A stretch of 32,000 nucleotides of DNA from Candidatus Harpocratesius repetitus (GCA_021498095.1 JAIZWK010000001.1:1770001-1802000), one strand, 5' to 3'; positions 1-7,859 are shown, counted from the first letter of the stretch. Translations and numbers: made by a program. Notes: a model not told the origin generated them from the sequence alone.

Positions 1-456
1 GTGTTCTAACCCTACTTTTTTTAAAAGATCTTCAACTCTCGCGCGCCGTTCTGATTTCGATAATTTTCCCAAAACGATCATAGGTAATTCTACATTCCCT
101 GCAGCTGTTAAACTAGGTATAAGATTAAAAGATTGGAAAACAATACCTATTTCTTCTTGTAGTAGTTTTTGAATACCTTCATCTCGTAATTTGGTAATTT
201 CCATACCTTTGATTTTTACAGAACCTGCATTTGGGCGCTCAATTCCACAAAGGCAATTCAAGAGTGTAGTCTTTCCAGAACCACTTGGACCCATAATTAC
301 GATAAGTTCTCCAGGATATATTTTTAAATCGATTCCCCTGAGCGCCATTACTTCAATTTTTTTTTGCTTGAAGATTTTGTAAACACCAGAAAGTTCTACA
401 ATGGGAATTCGTTCCCCTTCTAATTTCGTTGTTGAAGACAAAACTTCATCTGCCAT
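1..456 (-). CDS. ABC transporter ATP-binding protein, LolD/MacB-like (5' part; runs off the left edge)
   Basis: Manual translation from ATG at 456: [29 protein letters not shown]...[32 protein letters not shown]...[24 protein letters not shown]. Walker A (GPSGSGKT) and Q-loop (VFQSFNL) are present. Not listed in the ORF track. Confidence 0.92.
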   Translation of the reverse strand, partial: MADEVLSSTTKLEGERIPIVELSGVYKIFKQKKIEVMALRGIDLKIYPGELIVIMGPSGSGKTTLLNCLCGIERPNAGSVKIKGMEITKLRDEGIQKLLQEEIGIVFQSFNLIPSLTAAGNVELPMIVLGKLSKSERRARVEDLLKKVGLEH

Positions 457-549
457 AATAAGATAGAGAAGGTCTTATGATTTTAAAATATATTAATTAT
501 AAGAAATGAAAGTTCATTTTTTACTGAATTAGGAAATAGAAAATTATCG

Positions 550-1560
550 TTATTTATCGATAAAATCGCCAAATGGTGGAACTTTGTATAAATCATTATA
601 ACTTTTCAATAAACTTCGATTGATATGCATTCCCTTCTCGTCTTTAATTAAAATGTCTTTATTTTCCAAAGTTTTGACATGGTATTGAATTGCTCCATGG
701 TAAACACCAAGTCTTCGAGCAATTTCAGATAAACCAATGTTTTCTTCTTTTAAAAGAATCTTGATAATATCTACGACTAATGGATTTGAAAAAAGGACAA
801 CAAATTCATCAAATATTTCAGGTAAATTAGCTAAGAAATAATTAAGAGTTCTACCAATTTTCTTAGAACGAACTAGTCCAAAAGCTTCTAAAACCATAAC
901 ATGTTTAATAAAGGGATTCCGAGTAATACCAATTACTTCTTCTATTCGGGTGTCTCTTGCATGAGTACCTGGATAATCATGAATAAAAGAAAGTACTTGT
1001 TGTAAGGTTTTTGTACCTAAAATTTCTCTACGCGTGCGACGTTGATCAGAAACAATCCAACGTTTTTCTGATAATGATTTAATTGCTTGGAATATTTGCT
1101 CTTTTGAATATCCTTTACTATGAGTTAATTTTGCAATGCACTTTGAATATAATTTCTCCATTAAAGGACTAAGCATTTCCACTCTTTCTACTTGAATATC
1201 TGCTTTATATCGCTTTTGTTTTAAGATGTCTTCAGCTATTCGAAGAACATTTTTTTCCAAATCCGAAAGATCTTCAAATTCTTTATGAATTTTTTCTAGC
1301 GGATCGATTTTTGCTGCTTTAAACGCTTGAATTGTTCGTTCACTTGAAATTGACTTAGATGATTTATTTGATTTAGTTGATTGGGGAAAAGGTGCTAAAT
1401 TAAGTGGTATTGAGCTTAAACTGGCATTATTTTTACGAAGGATTGAGGTATCAACTGTATTATTTAATGGCGTCTTAGGATTTTCTTCTTTTTTTTCTTT
1501 ATTAATTTCTTCTTTTTCAATGTGTTTAATAAGTTCTTTTTCAGCCATACTTTGATTCAA
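550..1560 (-). CDS. Multi winged-helix DNA-binding protein with low-complexity N-terminus
   Basis: C-terminal ArsR-like HTH (GLSEIARRLGVYHGAIQYHVKTLE) and a middle wHTH (FIHDYPGTH...KHVMVLEAFGLVRSKKIG). A probable third wHTH precedes them (YSKEQIFQAIKSLSEKRWIV). The true start may be the ATG a few codons downstream of the TTG. Confidence 0.75.
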   Translation of the reverse strand: MNQSMAEKELIKHIEKEEINKEKKEENPKTPLNNTVDTSILRKNNASLSSIPLNLAPFPQSTKSNKSSKSISSERTIQAFKAAKIDPLEKIHKEFEDLSDLEKNVLRIAEDILKQKRYKADIQVERVEMLSPLMEKLYSKCIAKLTHSKGYSKEQIFQAIKSLSEKRWIVSDQRRTRREILGTKTLQQVLSFIHDYPGTHARDTRIEEVIGITRNPFIKHVMVLEAFGLVRSKKIGRTLNYFLANLPEIFDEFVVLFSNPLVVDIIKILLKEENIGLSEIARRLGVYHGAIQYHVKTLENKDILIKDEKGMHINRSLLKSYNDLYKVPPFGDFIDK

Positions 1561-1616
1561 TCCTGGTAAACCTTATGATTAAGAATTTTTTAATCATCTC
1601 ATTTCTTTTATTTTTT

Positions 1617-3458
1617 TTATTGATTTTTATTTGTTTTTTCTAAAATATATACAAATTCATCTAAATCTTCTTCTGGCAAATATTTCAATTGATTTATTAA
1701 AAAATCTTGTTCTTCCCTTGCCATATCTAAGGAACGAATGCGATTTATATATTGTGTATTGATTAAATCTTCTGATTTATTAACATTTTCAAGCTCTTTA
1801 ATATACTTTTTTTGAGCATTTTTGTTTAAATATAAGAACGCTTTGGAAATTTCATCCTTTTCTCCATTTGAAATGGGTAATTTAATTAATCGCGCTCTAA
1901 TTTCTGGATCCAGTACTGTGAAGATTATTTTCGAAATTTGTCCTTCAGGAGGGACTGGACGGATATTTTCTTGTTTAATTGAATGATTTGGATGTGCTAA
2001 ATGCTCCTTTTGTGTAGTTTTATCTTTATTTGTAAATGATGTTTTTCTTTTTGAAATGAATTGGGTGGGAATTGTTGATTCTGGGTTAATTAATTCACCT
2101 GTTTGTGGATCGAATCGTTTTACCCTATTTCTATGATTATGATTTGCCAGTTGATTTAAGTTATTTGAGACTTTGCTAATTTTATTCTCAGAAGTTTCAT
2201 TATGAGTTGGAAATACTAATATATCAACTAAATCTCGAATTTCTTTCACTTCTGGTAATTTTTTATCATATTTTTGTAATTCTTTCTGGAAAGTTATGAT
2301 TAAACCACCAATCACTAATAAATAGACACCTACACCCAAATTTAAGGTAAAAATTCCACATATAATTAAAATTATTGATTTTTCAATAGGTATTTCTTCT
2401 AATTTTACATATTTTAATGTAGGTAAAATGGAATAATATAAAATTAAGACAACAATTCCACCAGATAACAGTGTATAAAAGAAATTTCCAAGACTATAAT
2501 TATTATTATTAAAAATTTTACCCAGTCTTCCTAAAATTCCTGCAATGAAAAATGTAATAAAAATACTCAAAATATAAGGAATAAATGAATAAAATATTTC
2601 TCTATTCCAGATAAGATTTAATTGAGGGCTTTGATGAATTGCAGGATGGTTTTTTGATAATTGCTTAGTTTCTTCGATAAATATAAGAACTGATAAGATA
2701 CCTCGAGCTAATAGAAAAACCCCTATTCCATTTACACCTATACTAATTAGACCTAATATTATCATTGGAATACCGGCGTGAGAAACATGACCAAGTCTCT
2801 CTGAATCTAAAAATTCTCGGTGATCATATATTATTACATAGAATTCAATCAAAAGTAATCCAACTAAATGAAACCAAGATCCCTTGTGGATTGAAGTAAT
2901 TAATGTGATTATAAGGATTAGAGTGTAATAAAAAGGTGTCAATTCCACCAAAACATTTTCAGCTGAAGTGAGATTTTTAATTGTTTCATTCGTTCTTGGT
3001 ATATTTTCTTTTGTTTGGAACAAATCTGTTTGGTTTTTGTCTTTTTGTCTTGTTACTCTCAATTCTTCTTTTCTATCTTTTTGTCTATTTGTTTTAGATG
3101 AAGAATAATTATTTTCTTGTGTATTTATTCCTTTATTCGTAAATAATTCAGAAAATACTGAGGAAAAATTGCTTTTTAATTGTGTTTTGATTCTTTGCCA
3201 TTCTTTTTTCCATTTTATCCATTGTATCTCTTCTTTTGTAAGATTTTTTTGAATAAATGGACTTTCTTGCTTTTTTTCCAAGGGTTTGACATCACCTGAT
3301 TCAATGCCATGGAAAGGAAATCCACATTGTTCACAATAAACTGTCTTACCCGATAAAAGCAATTTTACAAGTTGTGTATCTAAACGATAATGACATTCGG
3401 GGCAGTGAATTTCGGGCAAAGAACCCGAATCAAGTGAGTTAAAATTCATAATAAACAC
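1617..3458 (-). CDS. Polytopic membrane protein with N-terminal zinc ribbon and C-terminal tandem helical repeat
   Basis: CPEC...CEQC near the N-terminus, two hydrophobic TM blocks, and a C-terminal pair of ~40-aa repeats. 613-aa ORF with no recognised family. Confidence 0.75.
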   Translation of the reverse strand: MFIMNFNSLDSGSLPEIHCPECHYRLDTQLVKLLLSGKTVYCEQCGFPFHGIESGDVKPLEKKQESPFIQKNLTKEEIQWIKWKKEWQRIKTQLKSNFSSVFSELFTNKGINTQENNYSSSKTNRQKDRKEELRVTRQKDKNQTDLFQTKENIPRTNETIKNLTSAENVLVELTPFYYTLILIITLITSIHKGSWFHLVGLLLIEFYVIIYDHREFLDSERLGHVSHAGIPMIILGLISIGVNGIGVFLLARGILSVLIFIEETKQLSKNHPAIHQSPQLNLIWNREIFYSFIPYILSIFITFFIAGILGRLGKIFNNNNYSLGNFFYTLLSGGIVVLILYYSILPTLKYVKLEEIPIEKSIILIICGIFTLNLGVGVYLLVIGGLIITFQKELQKYDKKLPEVKEIRDLVDILVFPTHNETSENKISKVSNNLNQLANHNHRNRVKRFDPQTGELINPESTIPTQFISKRKTSFTNKDKTTQKEHLAHPNHSIKQENIRPVPPEGQISKIIFTVLDPEIRARLIKLPISNGEKDEISKAFLYLNKNAQKKYIKELENVNKSEDLINTQYINRIRSLDMAREEQDFLINQLKYLPEEDLDEFVYILEKTNKNQ

Positions 3459-3700
3459 ATGTTTTTCGTTTCAAAGTACATTATTATTGGAATGTATTTC
3501 AAAGTAATTGAGTCCAATAATTATCATTTTAACTGTATCTTTTTCTATCTTTTTCTATATATGCTTGCATTAAAAAAAAAATTGGAAATGGTCTAAGAGA
3601 GTACATTCAAATAAATAATCAGATTTAGATAGCAATAAGTGTTGTTATGAAAGCCCCCCTAAATTAAATCAAATTTTTGAAAGTTAATTTTCTTTTATAA

Positions 3701-3766
3701 CACACCCCTCACAATCCTACCCCCGAAGGGAGGGCTCTTCACGCCCCCCAGTGAATCCCTCTCTTC
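3701..3766. other. GC-rich hairpin-forming patch, possible mobile-element end or scar
   Basis: 38 of 60 bases are G+C in 3701-3760, versus 4 of 40 in 3661-3700. Stem 3725-3734 pairs with 3757-3766 (one G-T), and TTCAC 3738-3742 pairs with GTGAA 3751-3755. Confidence 0.45.
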
Positions 3767-3781
3767 AACCTCTCTTCTGTT
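3750..3781 (+). repeat. 32-bp direct repeat, copy 1 (copy 2 at 4778-4809)
   Basis: agtgaaTccctctcttcaacCtctcttctgtt versus agtgaaCccctctcttcaacTtctcttctgtt: 30/32 identical. Confidence 0.92.
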
Positions 3782-3805
3782 ATACTGATAGGACCAACAG
3801 GTGTT
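3780..3805 (+). repeat. 26-bp copy of the endonuclease IV 5' coding sequence (4908-4933)
   Basis: ttatacTgataggaccaacaggtgtt versus ttatacGgataggaccaacaggtgtt: 25/26 identical, followed by a shared aaagaac. Confidence 0.9.
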
Positions 3806-3807
3806 AA

Positions 3808-4062
3808 AGAACATTTGAAGAATATATCGGTTATAATCGAACTGCCTGTAAATTTTTCAAGTATAAATGGCATTGGAAATCATATTTCTGCGCAATGGAG
3901 TGGAGTTTTCGCAATTTTCTATTAGATTCCGAGCAACATAGATGTGAGGATTGTGATAAATCTCAAGATGTACTGCTTTACTGCTTAGAAGATGCGATTG
4001 TATCAATGCTTATTTACGTATGGTATGAAATCAATAAAAATAAATTAGAATCTAACAATTAA
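3808..4062 (+). pseudogene. Start-less open frame of 84 codons, probable 3' remnant of a gene
   Basis: Stop-to-stop frame RTFEEYIGYNRTACKFFKYKWHWKSYFCAMEWSFRNFLLDSEQHRCEDCDKSQDVLLYCLEDAIVSMLIYVWYEINKNKLESNN*. It begins right after the duplicated segment and contains a CxxC. Confidence 0.35.
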
Positions 4063-4108
4063 AGAAAAAAATAGTTTATTATATTCTAAATCAAAATTTG
4101 TTTTCATG

Positions 4109-4588
4109 CTAAACAGGTTTATGACAATGAGGGCAAAAGGTGTATTTCATTCCGTAAAAATGTAATCCACAATTAGGACATTTGTTTTCAAAATCTGCCA
4201 TAACATTAGAATTTGAGCTGGTTTGATTGTTAGATGTTTTAAATCCATCTTTTAACCATTCTGATTTTATTTTAGAATCAGATTGCCATAGATAAATGCT
4301 AATAAAAATCGCTGGGAGAAACCCCACCATTGAATAAAGGAGCAAATTTAACATATCAAAACAACCAAAAGAAAATGCATCCCTCTTCTCAATATCCTTA
4401 AGAGTTACACGAAATAAAACATAGCTAAGATTGGATGGAACCACAATAATCAAAAAGAAGAATATTATCCCTAATGCAATTTCTCCAGAAGAAGCTATAA
4501 TAATTAAACCCAACAATCCTACAATTAATCCATTTATTGTATATATAATGTACGCTTGTTTATTAAAAGATAAATCTTTAAATGCCAT
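4109..4588 (-). CDS. Small membrane protein with C-terminal zinc ribbon
   Basis: Three hydrophobic segments, then CPNC...CPHC. GGTGA SD lies 7 nt upstream of the ATG. Confidence 0.8.
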   Translation of the reverse strand: MAFKDLSFNKQAYIIYTINGLIVGLLGLIIIASSGEIALGIIFFFLIIVVPSNLSYVLFRVTLKDIEKRDAFSFGCFDMLNLLLYSMVGFLPAIFISIYLWQSDSKIKSEWLKDGFKTSNNQTSSNSNVMADFENKCPNCGLHFYGMKYTFCPHCHKPV

Positions 4589-4595
4589 CTACATT

Positions 4596-4600
4596 TCACC
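4596..4600 (-). promoter_or_regulatory. Shine-Dalgarno motif GGTGA
   Basis: GGTGA 7 nt upstream of ATG 4588. The same motif at 6-7 nt spacing precedes 9339, 14232 and 24619. Confidence 0.7.
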
Positions 4601-4611
4601 TTTTTGGTTTA

Positions 4612-4635
4612 TATAAACATCCCGAGATGTTTATA
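4612..4635. promoter_or_regulatory. Perfect 10-bp inverted repeat (candidate operator) overlapping a TATA-like box
   Basis: TATAAACATC-ccga-GATGTTTATA, 24-47 bp upstream of the 4588 start and overlapping TTTATATAAA at 4608-4617. Confidence 0.6.
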
Positions 4636-4777
4636 ATATTATTTCATATCTTTCCTTAAAAAAATATATTTTTTTTTGTCTTTTTGGGTGTTGATGCCAT
4701 TTTCTTTTTTACTAATCATTTAATTACATGCTCTAATTATTAATTCGGAGTAAAATTAAGGAAAGTGAAAGTATTCT

Positions 4778-4809
4778 AGTGAACCCCTCTCTTCAACTTC
4801 TCTTCTGTT
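4778..4809 (+). repeat. 32-bp direct repeat, copy 2
   Basis: 30/32 identical to 3750-3781. Contains an internal (c/t)tctcttc direct repeat at 11-bp spacing. Confidence 0.92.
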
Positions 4810-4870
4810 TAATTAATATAATATTAAATATATATTAACAATATTTTTCCAATATCTTTTCCTACCTTAG

Positions 4871-5887
4871 TTGTGCGATAAAATGAGAAATAAATTTGAA
4901 AATGATATTATACGGATAGGACCAACAGGTGTTCAAAAAGAACTTTTTAAAATAGAAGGGAAAAATGGAAAACTTCGAAATGGGAAAAGATTTGAAATTC
5001 CAGAATATTTAGCAAGTTTGAATTTAAATGCCTATGAATTTCCAGGGGGAAGAATGGCGAATTTTAAAGATTCTCCAGATTATGAAAAATTCCGTCAAAA
5101 TGCTCAAAAATTTAATGTGGCAATTTCGTTGCATGCACCCTATTATATATCTCTAACCAGTGAAGATGATATCGTTTATGAAAAATCAATAGAACGATTG
5201 GCACATACTTATGCATGGGCGACCTATTTGAATGCAAAGCGCATTGTTCTTCATCCTGGTTCTTATGGTAAATCTATCTTATCAAATAAAAAATCAAATA
5301 AATCTGGATTGGATTCATTCATGGATACTTCTCAATCTTCCAAGATTGATGCAAATATACGAAATAAAATTACAAAGATTGTCGATGGGATTCGATCTGG
5401 TATTGAAATGGCAGGAAAAATATATCCTGATTTGAGATCGGAATTTCAAAATATATGCCTCTGTCCTGAAACAATGGGAAAACATGGTCAGCTTGGCACT
5501 TTATCAGAAATAATTGAGATCTGTAAATCGGTTGGTCTTAATAAAGCACGACCCTGCGTTGATTTTGGGCATCTTTATGCGAGAAATCTAGGAAAATTGT
5601 CTGCAGATCAGTTATATTCAAAAACAATAAATCAATTAGAATCTGAACTTGGTTCTAATGTTGTTCAATCTTTACATATTCATTATTCAATAGTAGAATT
5701 TACCCCAAAAGGAGAAAAGAAGCATCATGAAAATGAAACACGTACTTGGGGACCTCAAGTTGATTCTCTCTTTCAATTTATTGTAGATAATCAACTCACA
5801 CCGATTATTATCAATGAAAGCCCAAAATTAGAACCCGATGCAGTGTGGTTGATGCAAAAATTAAACAATTTAAGAAAATCTACATAA
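4871..5887 (+). CDS. nfo: Endonuclease IV (AP endonuclease family 2, TIM barrel), archaeal type
   Basis: Metal-ligand motifs SLHAPYYI, VLHPG, CPETMGK..QLGTL.E, CVDFGHLYAR, HIHYS, GEKKH, INESP. The likely start is ATG 4883. Confidence 0.88.
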   Translation: MCDKMRNKFENDIIRIGPTGVQKELFKIEGKNGKLRNGKRFEIPEYLASLNLNAYEFPGGRMANFKDSPDYEKFRQNAQKFNVAISLHAPYYISLTSEDDIVYEKSIERLAHTYAWATYLNAKRIVLHPGSYGKSILSNKKSNKSGLDSFMDTSQSSKIDANIRNKITKIVDGIRSGIEMAGKIYPDLRSEFQNICLCPETMGKHGQLGTLSEIIEICKSVGLNKARPCVDFGHLYARNLGKLSADQLYSKTINQLESELGSNVVQSLHIHYSIVEFTPKGEKKHHENETRTWGPQVDSLFQFIVDNQLTPIIINESPKLEPDAVWLMQKLNNLRKST

Positions 5888-5940
5888 AAGATTAAAGTGA
5901 TAAATAATTACTCTACTATATAAAATTCGGAGAATATAGA

Positions 5941-6561
5941 ATGCCATACTGCAATGGATGTGGATTATATCAAAACTATGTTGATCAGCGTAAATTATGC
6001 CATTTATGTTCAAAACTCTTCCAAGAACATAAATTGGATGAAAAACGCATTTTTTATCAAAGGAAATTAGTAATTCAAAGTAATTCGTATAAGCTTTTAT
6101 ATTATCCAGTTAAATTGCAATCTATTCCTGATTTATTTAAACACTCAAAAATTGAACCAGTTGCAAGCAGATCTTCTCCATTGTCTCAATTTTCAACGAT
6201 TGATGAAGGAGAAAATCAAACGAGTAATAGTGTAATTCCAAATCAAAATCTTCTTTCTCAGCTCTTTAATAATCCCCAATTTGGATTAAACCAATCAAAA
6301 ATCGCCTTAATTTCTGTAATACTCGGTTTTTTTCTCTCTTTTGTCTCGTATTTAAGCTTTTTCGGATTATTTCTGGAGCTTTTTGCTTTATTTACAATTA
6401 TCAAAGCTTTTAGAACTGAACCTCGAAATTGGCAACAAATCTTAGCATTGCTTATATCTTTAATATATTGGGGTATAATTATTGCAGGAACAATAATTAT
6501 CTTATCTAACCCTGAAATACTTGCTTCTTTGGAACAGAATATAAATCAACCTTCAACTTAA
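5941..6561 (+). CDS. Zinc-finger plus C-terminal TM protein, function unknown
   Basis: CNGC...CHLC at the N-terminus and about three hydrophobic helices at the C-terminus. Confidence 0.7.
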   Translation: MPYCNGCGLYQNYVDQRKLCHLCSKLFQEHKLDEKRIFYQRKLVIQSNSYKLLYYPVKLQSIPDLFKHSKIEPVASRSSPLSQFSTIDEGENQTSNSVIPNQNLLSQLFNNPQFGLNQSKIALISVILGFFLSFVSYLSFFGLFLELFALFTIIKAFRTEPRNWQQILALLISLIYWGIIIAGTIIILSNPEILASLEQNINQPST

Positions 6562-6589
6562 GGTTGAATTTTATTCTTTCTATCTGTTA

Positions 6590-7201
6590 TCATCCATTTG
6601 GACGATATATCTGCTTTTCGGTAATTATTATATCCATATATACATCTTTTTCATGTGTTGGTATTGGATATTTCATTACAGCATTATCTAAAGCGAAAGC
6701 AATTTTTAAAATTTCTTTATTCGTCAGAAATGAATCGTAATAACCAGCACCGTATCCATAACGTGCTCCGTAAATATCAAACACAGAACCTGGAACTAAA
6801 ATTATCAAAGATTTTTTATGAATATTTGATAAATATTTATTTGGATTGATCTTTTGACAAGTAAATTTTGGTTCCATTATACCATAAGCACCTAGTTCAA
6901 CATCATTCACAATATCATTAATTCTATAAATATCTAAGGCAATCCTTTCGTTTACACAACGTGGAAGGAATAACGCTTTGCCGTCGTTTAAAATTTGTGT
7001 TAAAAGTGGTCGAGTATCAAATTCTCCTGATTCTACTTTTCCAAAATATCCAATAATTGAATCAGATTGTTGATAATCATATAATTTGAAAAATTTTTTC
7101 ATAATTTTGGCGAATTTCTGCATCCGTATGACAGGTGGAAGTTCCTTTCGTTTTTTAAGAATTTTTTTTCTTAATTCAGCCGGATCAAGAGGTGTTTCCA
7201 T
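6590..7201 (-). CDS. 5-formyltetrahydrofolate cyclo-ligase (YgfA/MTHFS family)
   Basis: N-terminal LRKKILKKR, then GI.EP, VPGSVFD..GARYGYGAGYYD and HEKDVYMDIIITE match the family signature. Confidence 0.92.
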   Translation of the reverse strand: METPLDPAELRKKILKKRKELPPVIRMQKFAKIMKKFFKLYDYQQSDSIIGYFGKVESGEFDTRPLLTQILNDGKALFLPRCVNERIALDIYRINDIVNDVELGAYGIMEPKFTCQKINPNKYLSNIHKKSLIILVPGSVFDIYGARYGYGAGYYDSFLTNKEILKIAFALDNAVMKYPIPTHEKDVYMDIIITEKQIYRPNG

Positions 7202-7360
7202 AACATTTGAAATGAGACTAATTGTTAAAATATTTCCAACTCACACATTTTAAATGGGAATTATCTTTCTATATAAATTCATTAAAAATCAGATTAGATT
7301 TATTTACAAGTGTTTTTTAAAGAACACAAATACGTTGGAATTTGTACGGGTGATACCAAT

Positions 7361-7488
7361 ATCGACACATTTGTCAAAATTTAATTAAACAAACCTTCTC
7401 ATTTATGATTAGGGGACTCTATTCAGATGGAAATTTTGAAGAATTATAGATGTCGATTAATGTCATGGTTCCAATATCTGTCGATTAA
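7361..7488. promoter_or_regulatory. Cluster of TGTCGAT motifs in a divergent intergenic region
   Basis: TGTCGATTAA at 7451-7460 and 7479-7488, and an inverted ATCGACA at 7361-7367. CCAATATC occurs at 7356 and 7471. Confidence 0.4.
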
Positions 7489-7571
7489 ATGAATTTGGAT
7501 CCAATGTTATAATATTCCTAAGATAGAGTTCTAAAAATCATAATTAATAAAGAATATCAGGGAATGATTTT

Positions 7572-7856
7572 ATGGCTAACAGACTATATACATTGATGAA
7601 ACGACGTGGTTTTGCCGAAACTTTAAAAGTTTTAGGCAGTTTTGAAAAATGTGAAGCAGTACAATCGAAATTTTTCGAGAAATTTGAAGAATCCGAAAGT
7701 TATTACAATGCATATTTACGAGTAAAGAAACAATTACTTGATTCAGAACTAATTAAATTTAAATTAAACGAGAATAATGAAAAAGTAATTTATTTAACCG
7801 ATAAAGGTAAGCAAGTTCTTGAAAAAATGGAAGAAATCGAAAAATTAATTGAATAA
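7572..7856 (+). CDS. Small winged-helix protein (94 aa)
   Basis: Helical N-terminus followed by the wing motif LIKFK...KVIYLTDKGKQVLEKMEEI, typical of MarR/HxlR-like wHTH C-termini. Confidence 0.75.
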   Translation: MANRLYTLMKRRGFAETLKVLGSFEKCEAVQSKFFEKFEESESYYNAYLRVKKQLLDSELIKFKLNENNEKVIYLTDKGKQVLEKMEEIEKLIE

Positions 7857-7859
7857 ATT

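Noticed and set aside
191-382. 63-aa plus-strand ORF in the track, and the other short ORFs overlapping long genes (4431, 5232, 6655, 8048, 10091, 14062, 15256, 16079, 16284, 16736, 17545, 22383, 25235, 26288, 27589, 27847, 29675, 30666)
   Set aside because: They are antisense or alternate-frame shadows of genes with recognisable motifs and have no independent signal.
3616-3643. AATCAGATT...AAGTGTT similarity with 7287-7314 as a shared regulatory motif
   Set aside because: The match is gapped and AT-rich, and lies at different distances from the start codons. Chance is plausible.
3654-3749. Replication origin (ORB G-strings) or G-quadruplex from four minus-strand G-tracts
   Set aside because: No repeated ORB core precedes the G-tracts, there is no cdc6/orc1 nearby, and loops of up to 45 nt are too long for a convincing G4.
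3750-4809. CRISPR mini-array from the two 32-bp repeats
   Set aside because: There are only two copies, about 1 kb apart, with no typical repeat terminus and no cas genes.
4810-4907. Spliced-intron explanation for the 98-bp segment missing in the upstream copy
   Set aside because: No bulge-helix-bulge or self-splicing structure is visible, and the segment contains the probable promoter and start. A simple deletion at TT microhomology is sufficient.
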